From: Zootoca vivipara
Lineage: Eukaryota
Assembly (NCBI RefSeq): GCF_963506605.1
Contig: NC_083276.1
Coordinates: 87,978,001-88,042,000 of the forward strand
DNA: 64,000 bases
Direction: 5' to 3'
The notes under the pieces were generated by a model, which was given only the letters and a program-made list of their open reading frames with translations, searched no databases and was not told where the DNA came from. Shown here piece after piece: positions 26,244 through 38,373 of this stretch. Positions within the stretch are counted from its first letter, which is position 1. The number at the start of each line of letters is the position of its first letter. A program made the position numbers and the translations under genes.

Positions 26244-27001
26244 TTTATTACCCACTGTTAGGTCCAAGGGTCAGTCATATAATTTAAAATTCAGTATTAA
26301 AAACAGGAAGTGATCCACAGTGATCTGCTAGCATTTTCTGATGTTTTAGCATAGCACAGAATCAGGGTGCTTATTGGCATTTGAAAATGAAATGAGGCAC
26401 TTGAAAGCTATGGAACTTTTTGACACTTGAGATTTCCTTCCACCCAATATGTCCCATTTGCTTTCTTACACTTTATCAAATGCACCTGGTGTGATGCCCA
26501 GCTATGTTTTTTTTTTAGCACTGTCCTTTCTGCCTTTGCCGCAAGTGTCTTAATACTGTACTCTAATCCAAGCACTTCAGCATCCTCTCTTTGGCTGTGG
26601 GCATCTCATGGGGAGGTCTCAGGAGAGAAAAAAAAGTTTATTATTTTTTTTTTAAGGCTGCTTTTGTATTAGGAGGACTTGCCCTTTTATTCTTAGCTCC
26701 AAAAGTAACAGCATAAAGTTCCGAACTAAAGGGGGGCTAAAAGGCAACTCTTTGCTGTGCCTTGCTGAGATCCAGCTGTTCAGGAAGACCTACTGCTGTA
26801 GAAAAGCAATTAATCTATTTCTCCCAGCCCTTTGGTGAGCCATGCATAATATATGAAAAGTACTGAAGAGTCCTTGACCAAACTCTTCATGCGAAAAAGA
26901 AAGTGTGAATATTGCTGTGTGTAGCTCTTTTACTAATTGTTGCATGGAGTTTGCTGATAACCAAAACTGTGGAGGGAACGTGATTTACCTTTTATATATT
27001 A

Positions 27002-27242
27002 CAGTCAAACCTCGGCTCCCGAATGCCTCTGTTTTGGAACTTTTCGGCTCCCGAACACCGAAAACCCGACAGTAAATGCTCCAGTTTTCAAATGTTTTTT
27101 GGAAGCCGAATGTTCGATGCAGCTTCTGCTTCAGTTCAGGAAGCTCCTGCAACTAATCAGAAGCCGCACCTCAGTAGTTGAACATTTCAGAAGCCGAACG
27201 GGCTTCTGGAACGGATTACGTTCGACAACTGAGGTTTGACTG
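27002..27242. mobile_element. Tc1/mariner (Tigger-like) MITE
   Basis: TA|cagtcaaacctc…gaggtttgactg TIRs. Confidence 0.85.
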
Positions 27243-27261
27243 CATTTAGAAACACACACAC

Positions 27262-28884
27262 GGACTTACGGCATGGACTGCCATGGCCTGTAGCTGACCC
27301 ATGAGAGCGGTCTTGGATTATGCAGTTAATTAAGGATAATATGAGAGTAATTATCCTTGTGATCCCCCCCCCCCGGGTCGGGGAGGGTGAGCTTTCATTC
27401 GCGGATTGTCCCTTAACTGTCTCTCGCTCCGACGGAATGCGAGGGGCAGGGGCACTGAGCGCTTGGCACTGTATGAATCGGAAACTCTCCAATGTGGCCA
27501 CCATCAGCAGGAGTACTTATGTTTTTTAAGATAGAAAATCTGGACTTAAGAAACAGGTGTGTTTTGGAGGAATGAGACATGATAACCTGCTAAATCAATC
27601 AGCTACTGTGTGCCAAGGTTTTGATCTGGATAGGACTTTGCCGTAACAGGATTGTTATGTGAGGGGGGGTTCTGTTCTCTTTTTATATTTACATTATATT
27701 TGCTGATTTATGATCCTGCAAACCTCCACTGAAGATGAACTACGGAATTATTAATGGATTTAATCTACTATTGGATTACAATTATAAATGGAATGCAACA
27801 GAGAATTCACAAGAACTTTAGAATCTACCTACGGAGTTCTTCAAACGAAAGATGGTATAAAATACTGTGAGGTTTTGTGGCACTGTCTCCTATGTACAGC
27901 ATTAATTTGGATTTATAATTGCTTTGATGAGACATCAGCTTGTTAAGAAAGATGGGAAGATTAAATAACAAAGAGCTAGATGTCGGCCCAGAGCTTGGCC
28001 TGATGCCAGTATACTTTTGGCTCAGATAAACAAGATGGTGATGGCTCTGACACAGTTTGGAAAAATAGCTCTTGAAGGGAGACAGCCTGGAATAAAGACG
28101 ATGGATTATAACAGGAAAGGAAGTACAAAGGAAAAATATTTTACATAGAAAACTATAGGCTTTAAATCCCTCCTGCAAGTTAATGGAGATGGATTTTTTT
28201 TCAATACGAGTGAAGTCATTACACCAGTGGCGGCAAAAATAGAAGAAAGGATCAAGATTGGAATTGGTGTACAGTCATACCTTGGTTTAAGTACGCTTCG
28301 GTTTGAGTACTTTCAGTTTAAGTAATCTGCAGAGCTGTCTGGAATGGATTAATCCACTTTCCATTACTTTCAATGAGAAAGTTCGCTTCAGGTTAAGTAC
28401 GCTTCAGGTTAAGTACGGACTTCCAGAACCAATTACACTCATACTTTGGGTTAAGTACGCTTCAGGTTGAGTACTCCGCGGACCCATCTGGAACGGATTA
28501 ATCCACTTTCCATTACTTTCAATGGGAAAGTTCGCTTCAGGTTAAGTATGCTTCAGTTTAAGTACTCCACGGACCGTCTGGAATGGATTAATCCACTTTC
28601 CATTACTTTCAGTGGGAAAGTTCGCTTCAGGTTAAGTACAGACTTCCGGAACCAATTGTGTACTTTAACTGAGGTACCACTGTATTTGGATTATATATGA
28701 GATTATGTGCAGGATTTAGTAATAATTATCTCCAGACAATCAGAAGGGAAATCACCCAATTTGTTTAATTTGGAATGTAGAATTGGCTTTATAAACTGTA
28801 TTGTGATTTGGCATGATTTGACGTTGTACTAATGTGGCCCATATTGGAGTGTTATTAATGACAAATTAATAAAAATTATATTTT
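27262..28884 (+). mobile_element. Putative non-autonomous L1-like (HAL1-like) retroposon, older copy, with nested MITE
   Basis: Starts ggacttacgg, ends aataaaaattatatttt, flanked by gaaacacac (27249-27257, 28885-28893). It contains the ORF1-like remnant KIENLDLRNR at about 27528 and no RT motifs. Confidence 0.55.
28272..28682. mobile_element. Tc1/mariner (Tigger-like) MITE with internal tandem modules
   Basis: TA|cagtcatacct…aggtaccactg|TA; three copies of tctggaa(t/c)ggattaatccactttccattactttc…aagttcgcttcaggttaagta. Confidence 0.88.
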
Positions 28885-30942
28885 GAAACACACCACAACT
28901 CTACAAGTAATAAAACAAAATTCTGCTGAATTTATGTAGACTAGGATTGTAATCCTAACATTCCTGAGAATAAACCCAACTGATTGCAGTGGGACTTGCT
29001 TCTGACTAAACATGTACAGATTGCACTGTAAGACAATTCTTTATATGTACCTCACTGATGCAGCTACTTCTGTCTCAGTTGTGGTTTCAGTACCAGCTGG
29101 CATTGTGGTACTCCAACCCTGATCTTTAGGAACCACCACTTCAAAGAACATTGAAGCCCTATGGTTCCATCAATGTTCTACAGTCTACACCAAGCTCAAA
29201 GACTGGGATAAAACAACAAAGATTAATGTGCTATTGACTTCTGATGTGTTTGTACTAATTCTGGGGTGTAATGGCATGCAGGATTAAGTTGTTCCCAAAA
29301 GGGGCATCAGTGCCTATGGAATTAGCTGCCACTGCATGTAGACTAAAAGGAACAGGCTGCAAGTCATAATGTCTGAAAGCAAAAGGCATCTTAGATTTTG
29401 TTTCAACTGAACTTCTTTGTGGGGGTGAGGAATAGAAGCTTTTCTGCTGCTGACCAACTTGCTCAACATGAGATTTAATTTTAAAACATCAGTAGCATCA
29501 ACAACACAATAACACAAGCCAAACATTGGGAAATGAATGTGTCTACTTATGTGAATACAGAGGCTTTCACTGCATAAATACATAGATTGTGAAATGATGA
29601 GGATAGGGGAAGAGGGAGAGAATACTAATAAAATAGATGCTAAAAATAAAAAGCTAGATGAAAGATGAAGCTTTAGTTCTGAAGCCTCGAGGTTATGGGA
29701 CAAAAGGTTAGGCGAATTTGATTTCCCATTTCTAATCTTCTATAGCTTGCATCACATTTTACTATCAGCTCTTTATCTGCCTGTCAAAATCCCTGCCTTT
29801 GCCACACAAACCGAAGGAGGATTTCTGAGCATTATAGATCCATCAGTCAATTCATAGATCTCTGGGTCTTCAGAGGGAGTGATTTAAATTATATATGACC
29901 CCTTTAACATTGGTAAGAGGGTAAAAATATCCTTTAATATGGTTGTTGTTGTTTTTCAAAATCACAGGTTTAGTCTAGAGTTTCGATTCTGAGATGTATT
30001 AGTTTTTCAAACTTTCTTGCCTTTTATCCTCATGGCAATTCCCTGCTCCAGTTTCCTGCCTCCAATTAAGTGAATGTTCACAAGATCAGGCACTGTGAAT
30101 TGAACGTGACCCAGCTGGACCACTTTAACCTGCCTTAGGTGATAACTGTATGGTTGGGGAGAGAGCATAGAAGAAGAAAAATGGAGAACTCCCCGTACAT
30201 TTTCAAAAGGTGAGTGTTGATTTTAGTCAAGATAATGAGTGCAGGAGCATTTCCATAATTTAATTAATGTAGAATGACAAAGATTAAGCTTTAATTACCA
30301 GAACTGTGCAGTGTACACAAATGTTCAATGGAAGTGTGGAAAACAGTCAACTCTCAAAGGGTTGTGTCTGTCTCTCTCTGTGGAGGGAGGGGAGGGGGGA
30401 GGGGGAGACTTCCGTTTCCTTGCTGACACTCAAATGCACATAAATGTGCTTCTCAAAAACTCGCCTTTGCCCTGGATGGCTTGAAATGACTGCTGGATTC
30501 CTCAGGAGGCGAGGCGGAGTGTTTCAGCCACTGTGTGCATCTGGGCAGCAGAAGGAGACAAAAGTGGAGAGATATCACAGAAATAACTCACAGGGGGAGC
30601 TGGGGACTTTTACTCTGGCTCATTTTCTGAGAAAACATGTCTCCCCGTGTTGTGCTGCGGGGGGTTGTTCAACTGCTGCCATCTACCTTATGCTCTGGTG
30701 AACTTGGTTAATATCATATATCTATATAAAGGAAAAGTAATTTTGATGTTGTTGCTTCTGCTACTGCTGCAAGTCCATTCTTAAATTCAAATCCTGCTGC
30801 ACTACTCCAAACAACCTCATGAGGAATGTCACAGGCCCTGTAGTCTTTCCTCAAGCCTCTTTCCCCATCACTAGGGATAGACAAATCTCTTGATTTCAGT
30901 TTTTCTCTTTCTCATTTTTATATTCTGCAGTTCTCCACATTT

Positions 30943-31070
30943 NNNNNNNNNNNNNNNNNNNNNNNNNNNNNNNNNNNNNNNNNNNNNNNNNNNNNNNNNN
31001 NNNNNNNNNNNNNNNNNNNNNNNNNNNNNNNNNNNNNNNNNNNNNNNNNNNNNNNNNNNNNNNNNNNNNN
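30943..31070. other. Assembly gap (128 N)
   Basis: Run of n. Confidence 1.
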
Positions 31071-31197
31071 NATGGAAAATATCACAATTTTAGTGCACAT
31101 TTTTCTCAATATGCACATTTTTACAAGTGATTTCCCTCAGATATAATGTGTTTTTTCATGAGCTGTTTTCACTAATATATGCATTCTAGTGCGTGCT

Positions 31198-31707
31198 TAG
31201 AATCATAGAGTTGGAAGAGACCACAAGGGCCATCCAGTCCAACCCACTGCCAAGCAGGAAACACCATCAAAGCATTCCTGACATATGGCCGTCAAGCCTC
31301 CGCTTAAAGACCTCCAAAGGAGGAGACTCCACCACACTCCTTGGCAGCAAATTCCACTGTCGAAGAGCTCTTACTGTCAAGAAGTTCTTCCTAATGTTTA
31401 GGTGGAATCTTCTTTCTTGTAGTTTGAATCCATTGCTCCGTGTCCACTTCTCTGGAGCAGAAGAAAAAACCTTTCTCCCTCCTCTATATGACATCCTTTT
31501 ATATATTTGAACATGGCTATCATATCACCCCTTAACCTTCTCTTCTCCAGGCTAAACATACCCAGCTCCCTAAGCCGTTCTTCATAAGGCATCGTTTCCA
31601 GGCCTTTGACCATTTTGGTTGCCCTCCTCTGGACACGTTTCAGCTTGTCAGTATCCTTCTTGAACTGTGGTGCCCAGAACTGGACATAGTACTCCAGGTG
31701 AGGTCTG
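31198..31707 (-). mobile_element. CR1 LINE 3' end
   Basis: Peptides [18 protein letters not shown]…[12 protein letters not shown]…LEKRRLRGD and TRSNGFKL…NFLTVRA..WNLLP..VVES…FKRRLD; attcta-type tail. Confidence 0.93.
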
Positions 31708-32185
31708 TTAAAAAATCTAATCAAGGCTTCTAATTATTGGAGTAGTCAGGCTAGCCTTCTGGTGAGGCGATAGCCTGGGTAAGGAGCCATGAAGAAAGAT
31801 GAAGGAAGGGGCTCTGTGGGACAGAGAAAATGGGTGGGGCACTCTCCCTCAATTCTGGATACTTAGACAGATAGAGCCAGAGTTGAGAGTTGAGCATTGC
31901 AGTGATGTGAGCTAGAGGAAAAAGCTGTGAACTAGAGAGAGAGAACCAGAGCAATGCTTGGTTTCTGTTTCAATCCAAGACTGCGACTGAGGGTGTGAAT
32001 GCTGTGAGCCCCCCCTCCATCATAGGATCAGGTTGTATATATAGGTAAATAAACCATACTGTATATTAAAAAGACACCACATTCGCTGCTGTGCCTCATT
32101 CCGAAAGAAACACGGATCCTGGGTACCATAAGTGCCTGAAATCCCTGGGATCTCACGCTGCTGAGAGAGTGAGGTGGTGCACAAC
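31706..32185 (+). mobile_element. Putative LTR fragment, same family as 13503-14416
   Basis: Shared tcaggttgtatatat…gtaaataaaccata…gaaacacggatcctggg. Confidence 0.45.
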
Positions 32186-32325
32186 TAGATGTACTTTTGT
32201 ACACATTAATTAGCTGAAGAACTGAATCACAAAATTAGGAGAAGGAAGAATTTTGAAGGATAGCTGTGTTGCAGTTCACATAGTGTTTTGGGACACTGCA
32301 AATTAAGTAGCTTCATGTTAAAATA

Positions 32326-32572
32326 CAGTGGTACTGTACCTTGGTTCTCAAACATAATCCATTTCAGAAGTCCGTTCAACTCCCAAAATCATTCAAAAAC
32401 CAAGGTGTGGCTTCTGATTGGCTGCAGGCGCTTCCTGCACTCCAGCGGAAGCCGTGTTGGAAGTTCAGCTTCCGGAAAACGTTTGCAAACCGGAACACTT
32501 ACTTTCGGGTTTGCGGTGTTCGAGAGCTGATTTGTTTGGCAGCTAAGCCATTCAATAACCAAGGTATGACTG
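32326..32572. mobile_element. Tc1/mariner (Tigger-like) MITE
   Basis: TA|cagtggtac…aaggtatgactg|TA. Confidence 0.8.
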
Positions 32573-32991
32573 TATAAACCGAAGTGAACTTGTCTCCAAC
32601 CCCAACCATCATCTACCTCCAGTTTCTTAGTCTCAAAGTGCCTAGAAACCACAATCAGTTTTGGAGAAGCTGTATTATTATGCTGCAATTTGGATTATCT
32701 TCTTGTATTTTAGTATGAATTATTATTTGTTTGTTCAGTCTTAGTATGCAGTTATTAATGTGCAATGTTTTGATTAGCCTATAAATCTTGGTATGACTAT
32801 TTAAATTTCATTGTGTTTTTTTGCATATATGCATAACCAGTGTGTATCAACAATAAACAACAAATAAAAAGGGGGGAAATACAGCATTCGCAAGTTTTGT
32901 CTGCTGTTAAAATAGAAATAGAGGTGTTATGGCAATACATATTTTATCACTTTTTTACTACTCGGATAAGTTCGGCTGACACCAATGACCC

Positions 32992-33191
32992 NNNNNNNNN
33001 NNNNNNNNNNNNNNNNNNNNNNNNNNNNNNNNNNNNNNNNNNNNNNNNNNNNNNNNNNNNNNNNNNNNNNNNNNNNNNNNNNNNNNNNNNNNNNNNNNNN
33101 NNNNNNNNNNNNNNNNNNNNNNNNNNNNNNNNNNNNNNNNNNNNNNNNNNNNNNNNNNNNNNNNNNNNNNNNNNNNNNNNNNNNNNNNNNN
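32992..33191. other. Assembly gap (200 N)
   Basis: Run of n. Confidence 1.
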
Positions 33192-33643
33192 TCTTTTTGT
33201 ACTTTGAATATATCTGTTCACTTCAGCTACCTACCAAAAATAGTGCCACTCAAAAAACTTGGACAAATGTTCTTAATGATATAATTAACTCATAATAGCA
33301 AACTTGGTTTTATCTTCTACTTTGTAAATGGTTTTGAATAGAGAATACAGTTGCAGTATATTTGGCTCTTAATCACAGAAATAGCTCTTTCGATTAAGTT
33401 GTGAAGAGAGGTTTCATAACAACAGCATAGCTTCCTTCTGCCAAGTGTATGTTAGCATGTGTGTGTTTGTAATACTTCTTCTTTGTTTTGCATATAGACA
33501 TTGTTTATTTGCTGTGCTTGGGAACAGCTTCCCCCTCCTTTTTATTCATGCTTTTCACCACAAAGTGCTGCTTGGAAGTAGAGCCAGGTAAAAGTTTCTT
33601 GAGTCAAAATTATTCACCACTTCATTTAAATCTGGGATAGGCA

Positions 33644-33689
<46 letters not shown>

Positions 33690-34114
33690 TATTTATACCC
33701 CACCCATCTGGCTGGGTTTCCCCAGCCACTCTGGGCGGCTTCCAACAAAATATTAAAATACAATAGTCTATTAAACATTAAAAACTTCCCTAAACAGGGC
33801 TGCCTTCAGATGTCTCCTAAAAGTCTGGTCGTTGTTTTTCTCTTTGACATCTGGTGCGAGGGCGTTCCACAGGGGCGGGTGCCACTACCGAGAAGGCCCT
33901 CTGCCTGGTTCCCTGTAACTTGGCTTCTTGCAGTGAGGGGAAATGCCAGAAGGCCCTCGGCACTGGGACCTCAGTGTCCGGGCAGAACGATGGAGGTGGA
34001 GACGCCCCTTCAGGTATACTGGGCCGAGACCGTTTTAGGGCTTTAAAAGTCAGCAACAACACTTTGAATTGTGCTCGGAAACGTACTGGGAGCCAATGTA
34101 GATCTCTCAGGACC
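33644..34114 (-). mobile_element. L2 LINE 3' end with (AAT)n tail
   Basis: LLLTFKAL…, reverse complement of ggaagccgcccagagtggctggggaaacccagccagatggg; (aat)n at 33644-33686. Confidence 0.88.
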
Positions 34115-34329
34115 GGAGGAGATCAGACGCAACCCATGAAGCAGTTTTATCCCCCCCCCCCCCAACACCATTTTTTAAAAAGAAATCTACTGATCACTAA
34201 CTTAACTTTTAAGAGAAAGACTTCCCCTCTCCCCCCAAAAAAACAAAAACAAAAAAACAACAGCTGGAGGTGAGAGATCCCTTTGTTTAGTGATAATACC
34301 TCTTGCTATGTTTCATATGTAATGCTCTG

Positions 34330-34525
34330 ACCAATGGTAGGAGTGGAGCTGTTCAACAGTAGAACAGACTACATCAGAAGGTGGCAGACTTTACTTCCCC
34401 TGGATGTTTTTTAAACAGAGGTTGGATGGCCATCTGTCTAGGATTCTTTATCTGTGATTCCTGCATTACAGGGGAGTTGAACCAGGATTATCTTTGGGAT
34501 CCCTTCCAACCCTGTGATTCTATGA
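34330..34525 (+). mobile_element. Older CR1 3' fragment
   Basis: …tttttaaacagaggttggatggccatctgtc…cccttccaaccctgtgattctatga. Confidence 0.7.
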
Positions 34526-34576
34526 ATATCCTCCTCAAGCATCTCCTTATCCCACCATATCCCACATTGTTTAGAT

Positions 34577-34713
34577 CAGGCATCCCCAAACTCGGCCCTC
34601 CAGAGGTAATTGGGACTACAACTCCCATCATCCCTAGCTAACAGGACCAGTGGTCCAGGGTGATGGGAATTGTAGTCCCAAAACTTCTGGAGGGCTGAGT
34701 TTGGGAATGCCTG
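34577..34713. mobile_element. hAT (Charlie-like) palindromic MITE
   Basis: TIR caggcat(c/t)cccaaact; perfect 8-bp TSD gtttagat. Confidence 0.9.
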
Positions 34714-35505
34714 GTTTAGATGGTCCTTTGATCTTCCTGAGACACTTAGTGGGGCACAAGTGGTTGTAGAAAGAGGAGAATGGGAACTTTCATTTCAATA
34801 ATTTCTTTTCTGTCCACTTAAAGTACCACTCAAAATCTGTGGCTTATAGTTTGGGGTATGAGACCATAGATCAAGTTATCTGGGTGCAGAAGGTATCAGG
34901 GTTCTGTGGTTTAAAGGGGATAGAAGGTAGCAAACCAAACCACTGCGAGTCAGAATAGGCAGAACTCAGCAAAGCTGTCAGAATAACACAATTTCATATG
35001 TTCCTTTGTTTAATACAGCAAGTGGCATAACTAGAAGACTACCCACCTGCTCAACCTATTCATGGGAGACAAGGATTTTACCTCATTCACCTCTCCCTTC
35101 CAAATGCATTACTCATGCATTTAAAAAGTTCTTAGCCATCCTTTTTTTCTTGAGGAAACAACTTTTAATAATAAAAAATAGAATTTTTTGATTTGCAGGA
35201 AACAGTGAAAATAGAAGCTCCTGAGTTCACAGTATCTTACCTCATAATTATTGTGAGTGAAGCATCACTACAGCAACCCTTCTTAGTGAACAACAGCTCT
35301 TGTTTGGTAGATATGATATGTTTGTCTTTTACTATTGTACATAGTAGTTGTACGGCACCCCACACAGGAAAGTAAAAGAGAAGGCATCTAATTTTTCAAG
35401 GTAGCCATCAGTCCCCGCCCACCCTGTTTCATTTTTTCCAGCTTTTGCAACTTTAGAAACTGGATGGAAATTTCGGAAGTCTGCTTTTCTTTGTGCAGTG
35501 ATACG

Positions 35506-35507
<2 letters not shown>

Positions 35508-35538
<31 letters not shown>
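35508..35538. repeat. (GT)n microsatellite
   Basis: Direct reading. Confidence 0.95.
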
Positions 35539-35542
<4 letters not shown>

Positions 35543-36524
35543 TTTGTGTTTCAACTAATTAGCCAGCAATGACAGAGGAAATTGTTTTAACATTGCTCAG
35601 TGAAAGGGGAATTGGTCTTTGTGTTTGTAAGAAACACAAGTGCCACTGCAAGCGTGTATCTCTCTGTATGTACATACATATACCTGTTCTGTATGCTTTT
35701 TCTGCTCCATCCCCTCTCCAGTTGCCAGTAACCAGATCTATAGTTAGAATGTAAAGGTCTATTAAAGAGATAATAGAGAACACGAGGTATTACAGCCCTA
35801 AGATTAAGAAAGATGGGCTGTTGTATAAAAGGATAGGGTTAATCTTATCAGCTCCAGAGTGAGGTGCAAAATAATGATGGTCACGAATACAAATCAGGTA
35901 TTCTCATTATCTGGCATTCATGCTCTGAACAGTGGCCTATGAGCATGCAACTAGAAGAGACATAGACTCTTCTTCTATCAGCCAATGAAATAGCAGCATC
36001 AACATCTGTTTCTACACTGCCTCTAGTCCGTGCTATATAAAATAGTAAGGTAAACACTCCCTTGCCCTCAAGCTCAGAATTTAATACACGTACACACACC
36101 AAAAGGAAGTGGGAAGTTGGAATGGAAAAGAAGAGCTTTGCTGCATGCTGGGTGGCAACAACATACTAAGATTGCCAGAAACCCAGGCAGCTTCATGGAG
36201 CTGGTCTCTCATGCATGGCCCTCCAAGTCCCAAACTCATCTCTCTAGTCTTCTCCTTGGGCAGCAAAATGTCTTAGATCAGTACCGAGTGGAAACCAGAG
36301 CATCTCTTGTGATTTACATTGGAGGTGAGGCGATTAAAGAGCTTTTTGCAATGGTCTTGGCTTATGAATGAGGAGGGGCATGATAATGTGTGTGTGTCCA
36401 TGTGTTCAGGGGTGATACTGAAGGCCAGATGTAAGCCTTTTTGAGAGGGGTAGATGCGGCCCCTGAGCTTCTTGATGTCTATCTCTAGTTTACATTATCA
36501 ATTTTTCTTCTGTTAAAGCTTATG

Positions 36525-36640
36525 GGGGATATCCAGCAATCAGACTCACAGCAGACCCATCGAAATCAGTGGAGTTACTTAACTCAAGGCTATTGATTTC
36601 AACAGATCTCCTCTGAGTTTGACTTAGCAGGATATCATCC
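36525..36640. repeat. Degenerate palindromic repeat (related copies at about 21535-21625, 28940-29030, 46975-47065)
   Basis: Imperfect arms ggatatcc…gactca…gaaatca / tgatttc…tgagt…ggatatc. Confidence 0.45.
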
Positions 36641-37052
36641 TGCAAATTTATAGTTAGCAAAGAAAACTAGACCAGAAACACACTCTTCTGCCGCATATAA
36701 TGTGTTCTTTGTAGCATATGTTAGTTACTTTGAGTTTTTACAGATTCAGAATAATTTTATATCAGCACATGAATAACAGATGGCGCCCTTTAATACAAGC
36801 ACTGATGAGGGCAGTCATGATGATTTAGCAGCACAGAGAACATTTGAATTTCAGATATACTTACAAATAGCTGCTTATATTCCTCTCCAGAATTGACAAG
36901 TTCATTTGGCAAAGGTTGATTAAAGAAAATAAACAACTTGAACATATTGTTAAAGGTTGGTCACCTTACTTATTGGCTTCTCTAATAGGTATTTTCTATT
37001 ATTAGTTATTAAATGTGCAAGAGCCTTGCTCTCTTTTTCACCTGGCCTCCCA

Positions 37053-37200
37053 GGATCATGGAATCATAGAATTGTAGTATTAGATGGGTTCCTGAGGGTC
37101 ATCTAGTCCAACCCCCTGCAATGCAGGAAACTTTCACCCAATGCGGGGACTCACAACTCTGAGATCAAGAGTTTCATGCTCTACCAAGTGAGCTATCCCA
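37053..37200 (-). mobile_element. SINE with tRNA(Lys)-like head and CR1-type tail
   Basis: Minus strand ggatagctcacttggtagagcatgaaactcttgatctcag…, followed by ttggactagatgaccc…attctatgattc. Confidence 0.7.
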
Positions 37201-37562
37201 GTGGATAGATTAGGTGTTTACATAAATGACAAAGTGGAACAAAGGTGGAAGGCTCTGTCCCTGTATGGCTTAGCTAAAACACACGAGGAGGCTCATTATA
37301 TCACCCTTCTTCATTTTGTCAGCACCAGTTCAAAAGCCTTTTCAAAGGCCACCTGGCTTGGAGAAGGAATGATCATCACTGTCCCCTGTCCAGCTTTGCA
37401 AGAGGTTGTTGGGTTTTCAATTAATTAATTAAGTAATACTGTATTACTAAATATTAAGTGTGCAAATGTTCTGCTTTCCTAGCTCCTCTCCACTTTTCCC
37501 CTTTACTAAAACATTATTTATTCTGCCCAGAGAACTTTGTGTTTTGGGGTAGTATACAAATG

Positions 37563-37593
37563 CAACAACAACAACAACAACAACAACAACAAC
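37563..37593. repeat. (CAA)n microsatellite
   Basis: Direct reading. Confidence 0.95.
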
Positions 37594-38373
37594 TCATTGA
37601 AAACAAACAAACAATCTAATAAACAAAAACAGCCTCATTATTAAAAATTTGAAACCAGACTACAGATGGGGTGGTTGAGAGTATAATCTAGCCCGAGGTG
37701 TCTGCATGTCTTCATAGAGATGAGTACACTAATCTCAAATGACAGGTTGTTGGAATGGTCTGAGTGATGCTTGGAAATATATTGTTAAAGCGGAGCGAAA
37801 GTGCCCACAATAATATAAATCAAATCCAGGTTCAGCAATCAAAGGTGACAGAATGCAAGTAATGACAGCATTTCTTTGCACTGATGTGATGACAGGATGG
37901 CATTTAAGGTATGCCCATCTTCTGCTTCTGGCAGCCTTACAGCTCCTTGATGAAACTATGAATGTACATAATGTGATAAATACCACTAAGCGGCTCTGAA
38001 AAGTGATTCCTGGTTATCTCCTTTCGGGAAGCGTAAACAGGATCATTTCGGAAGCAATGCTGGGGGATACAATGCAGAAGCCTTGCCAACAAATAATGTT
38101 TCAGATAAACTCCTCTGCTATTTAGCTCCAAAGCGTTTCTGTTTCTAGTGGGGGGAGGGGTGTTTGTGTGTGCGCTAATTAATTAACTAAATCTCTTGGA
38201 ATAACATTTCTGCCACTTAGGTGCCCAAGGAGATTCTACATTCACATACAACTACTAAAAATTACAATAAGAATCCAACTATATTGAGAATAAGATTTTA
38301 AAATGTTTCGAAGATACTGTGATCATATGGCAGTTCTGAACACAGGAAGTCACGTTACAGGAAGATGGCGCCA

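Noticed and set aside
28330-28640. CRISPR-like repeated units
   Set aside because: Eukaryotic DNA; the repeats are internal modules of a TIR-bounded mariner MITE with no unique spacers or cas genes.
30890-33295. ORFs containing long X runs
   Set aside because: Artefacts of translating through assembly gaps.
37135-37200. tRNA-Lys gene
   Set aside because: The T-arm is degenerate or deleted and it is fused to a CR1-type tail; it is a SINE head.
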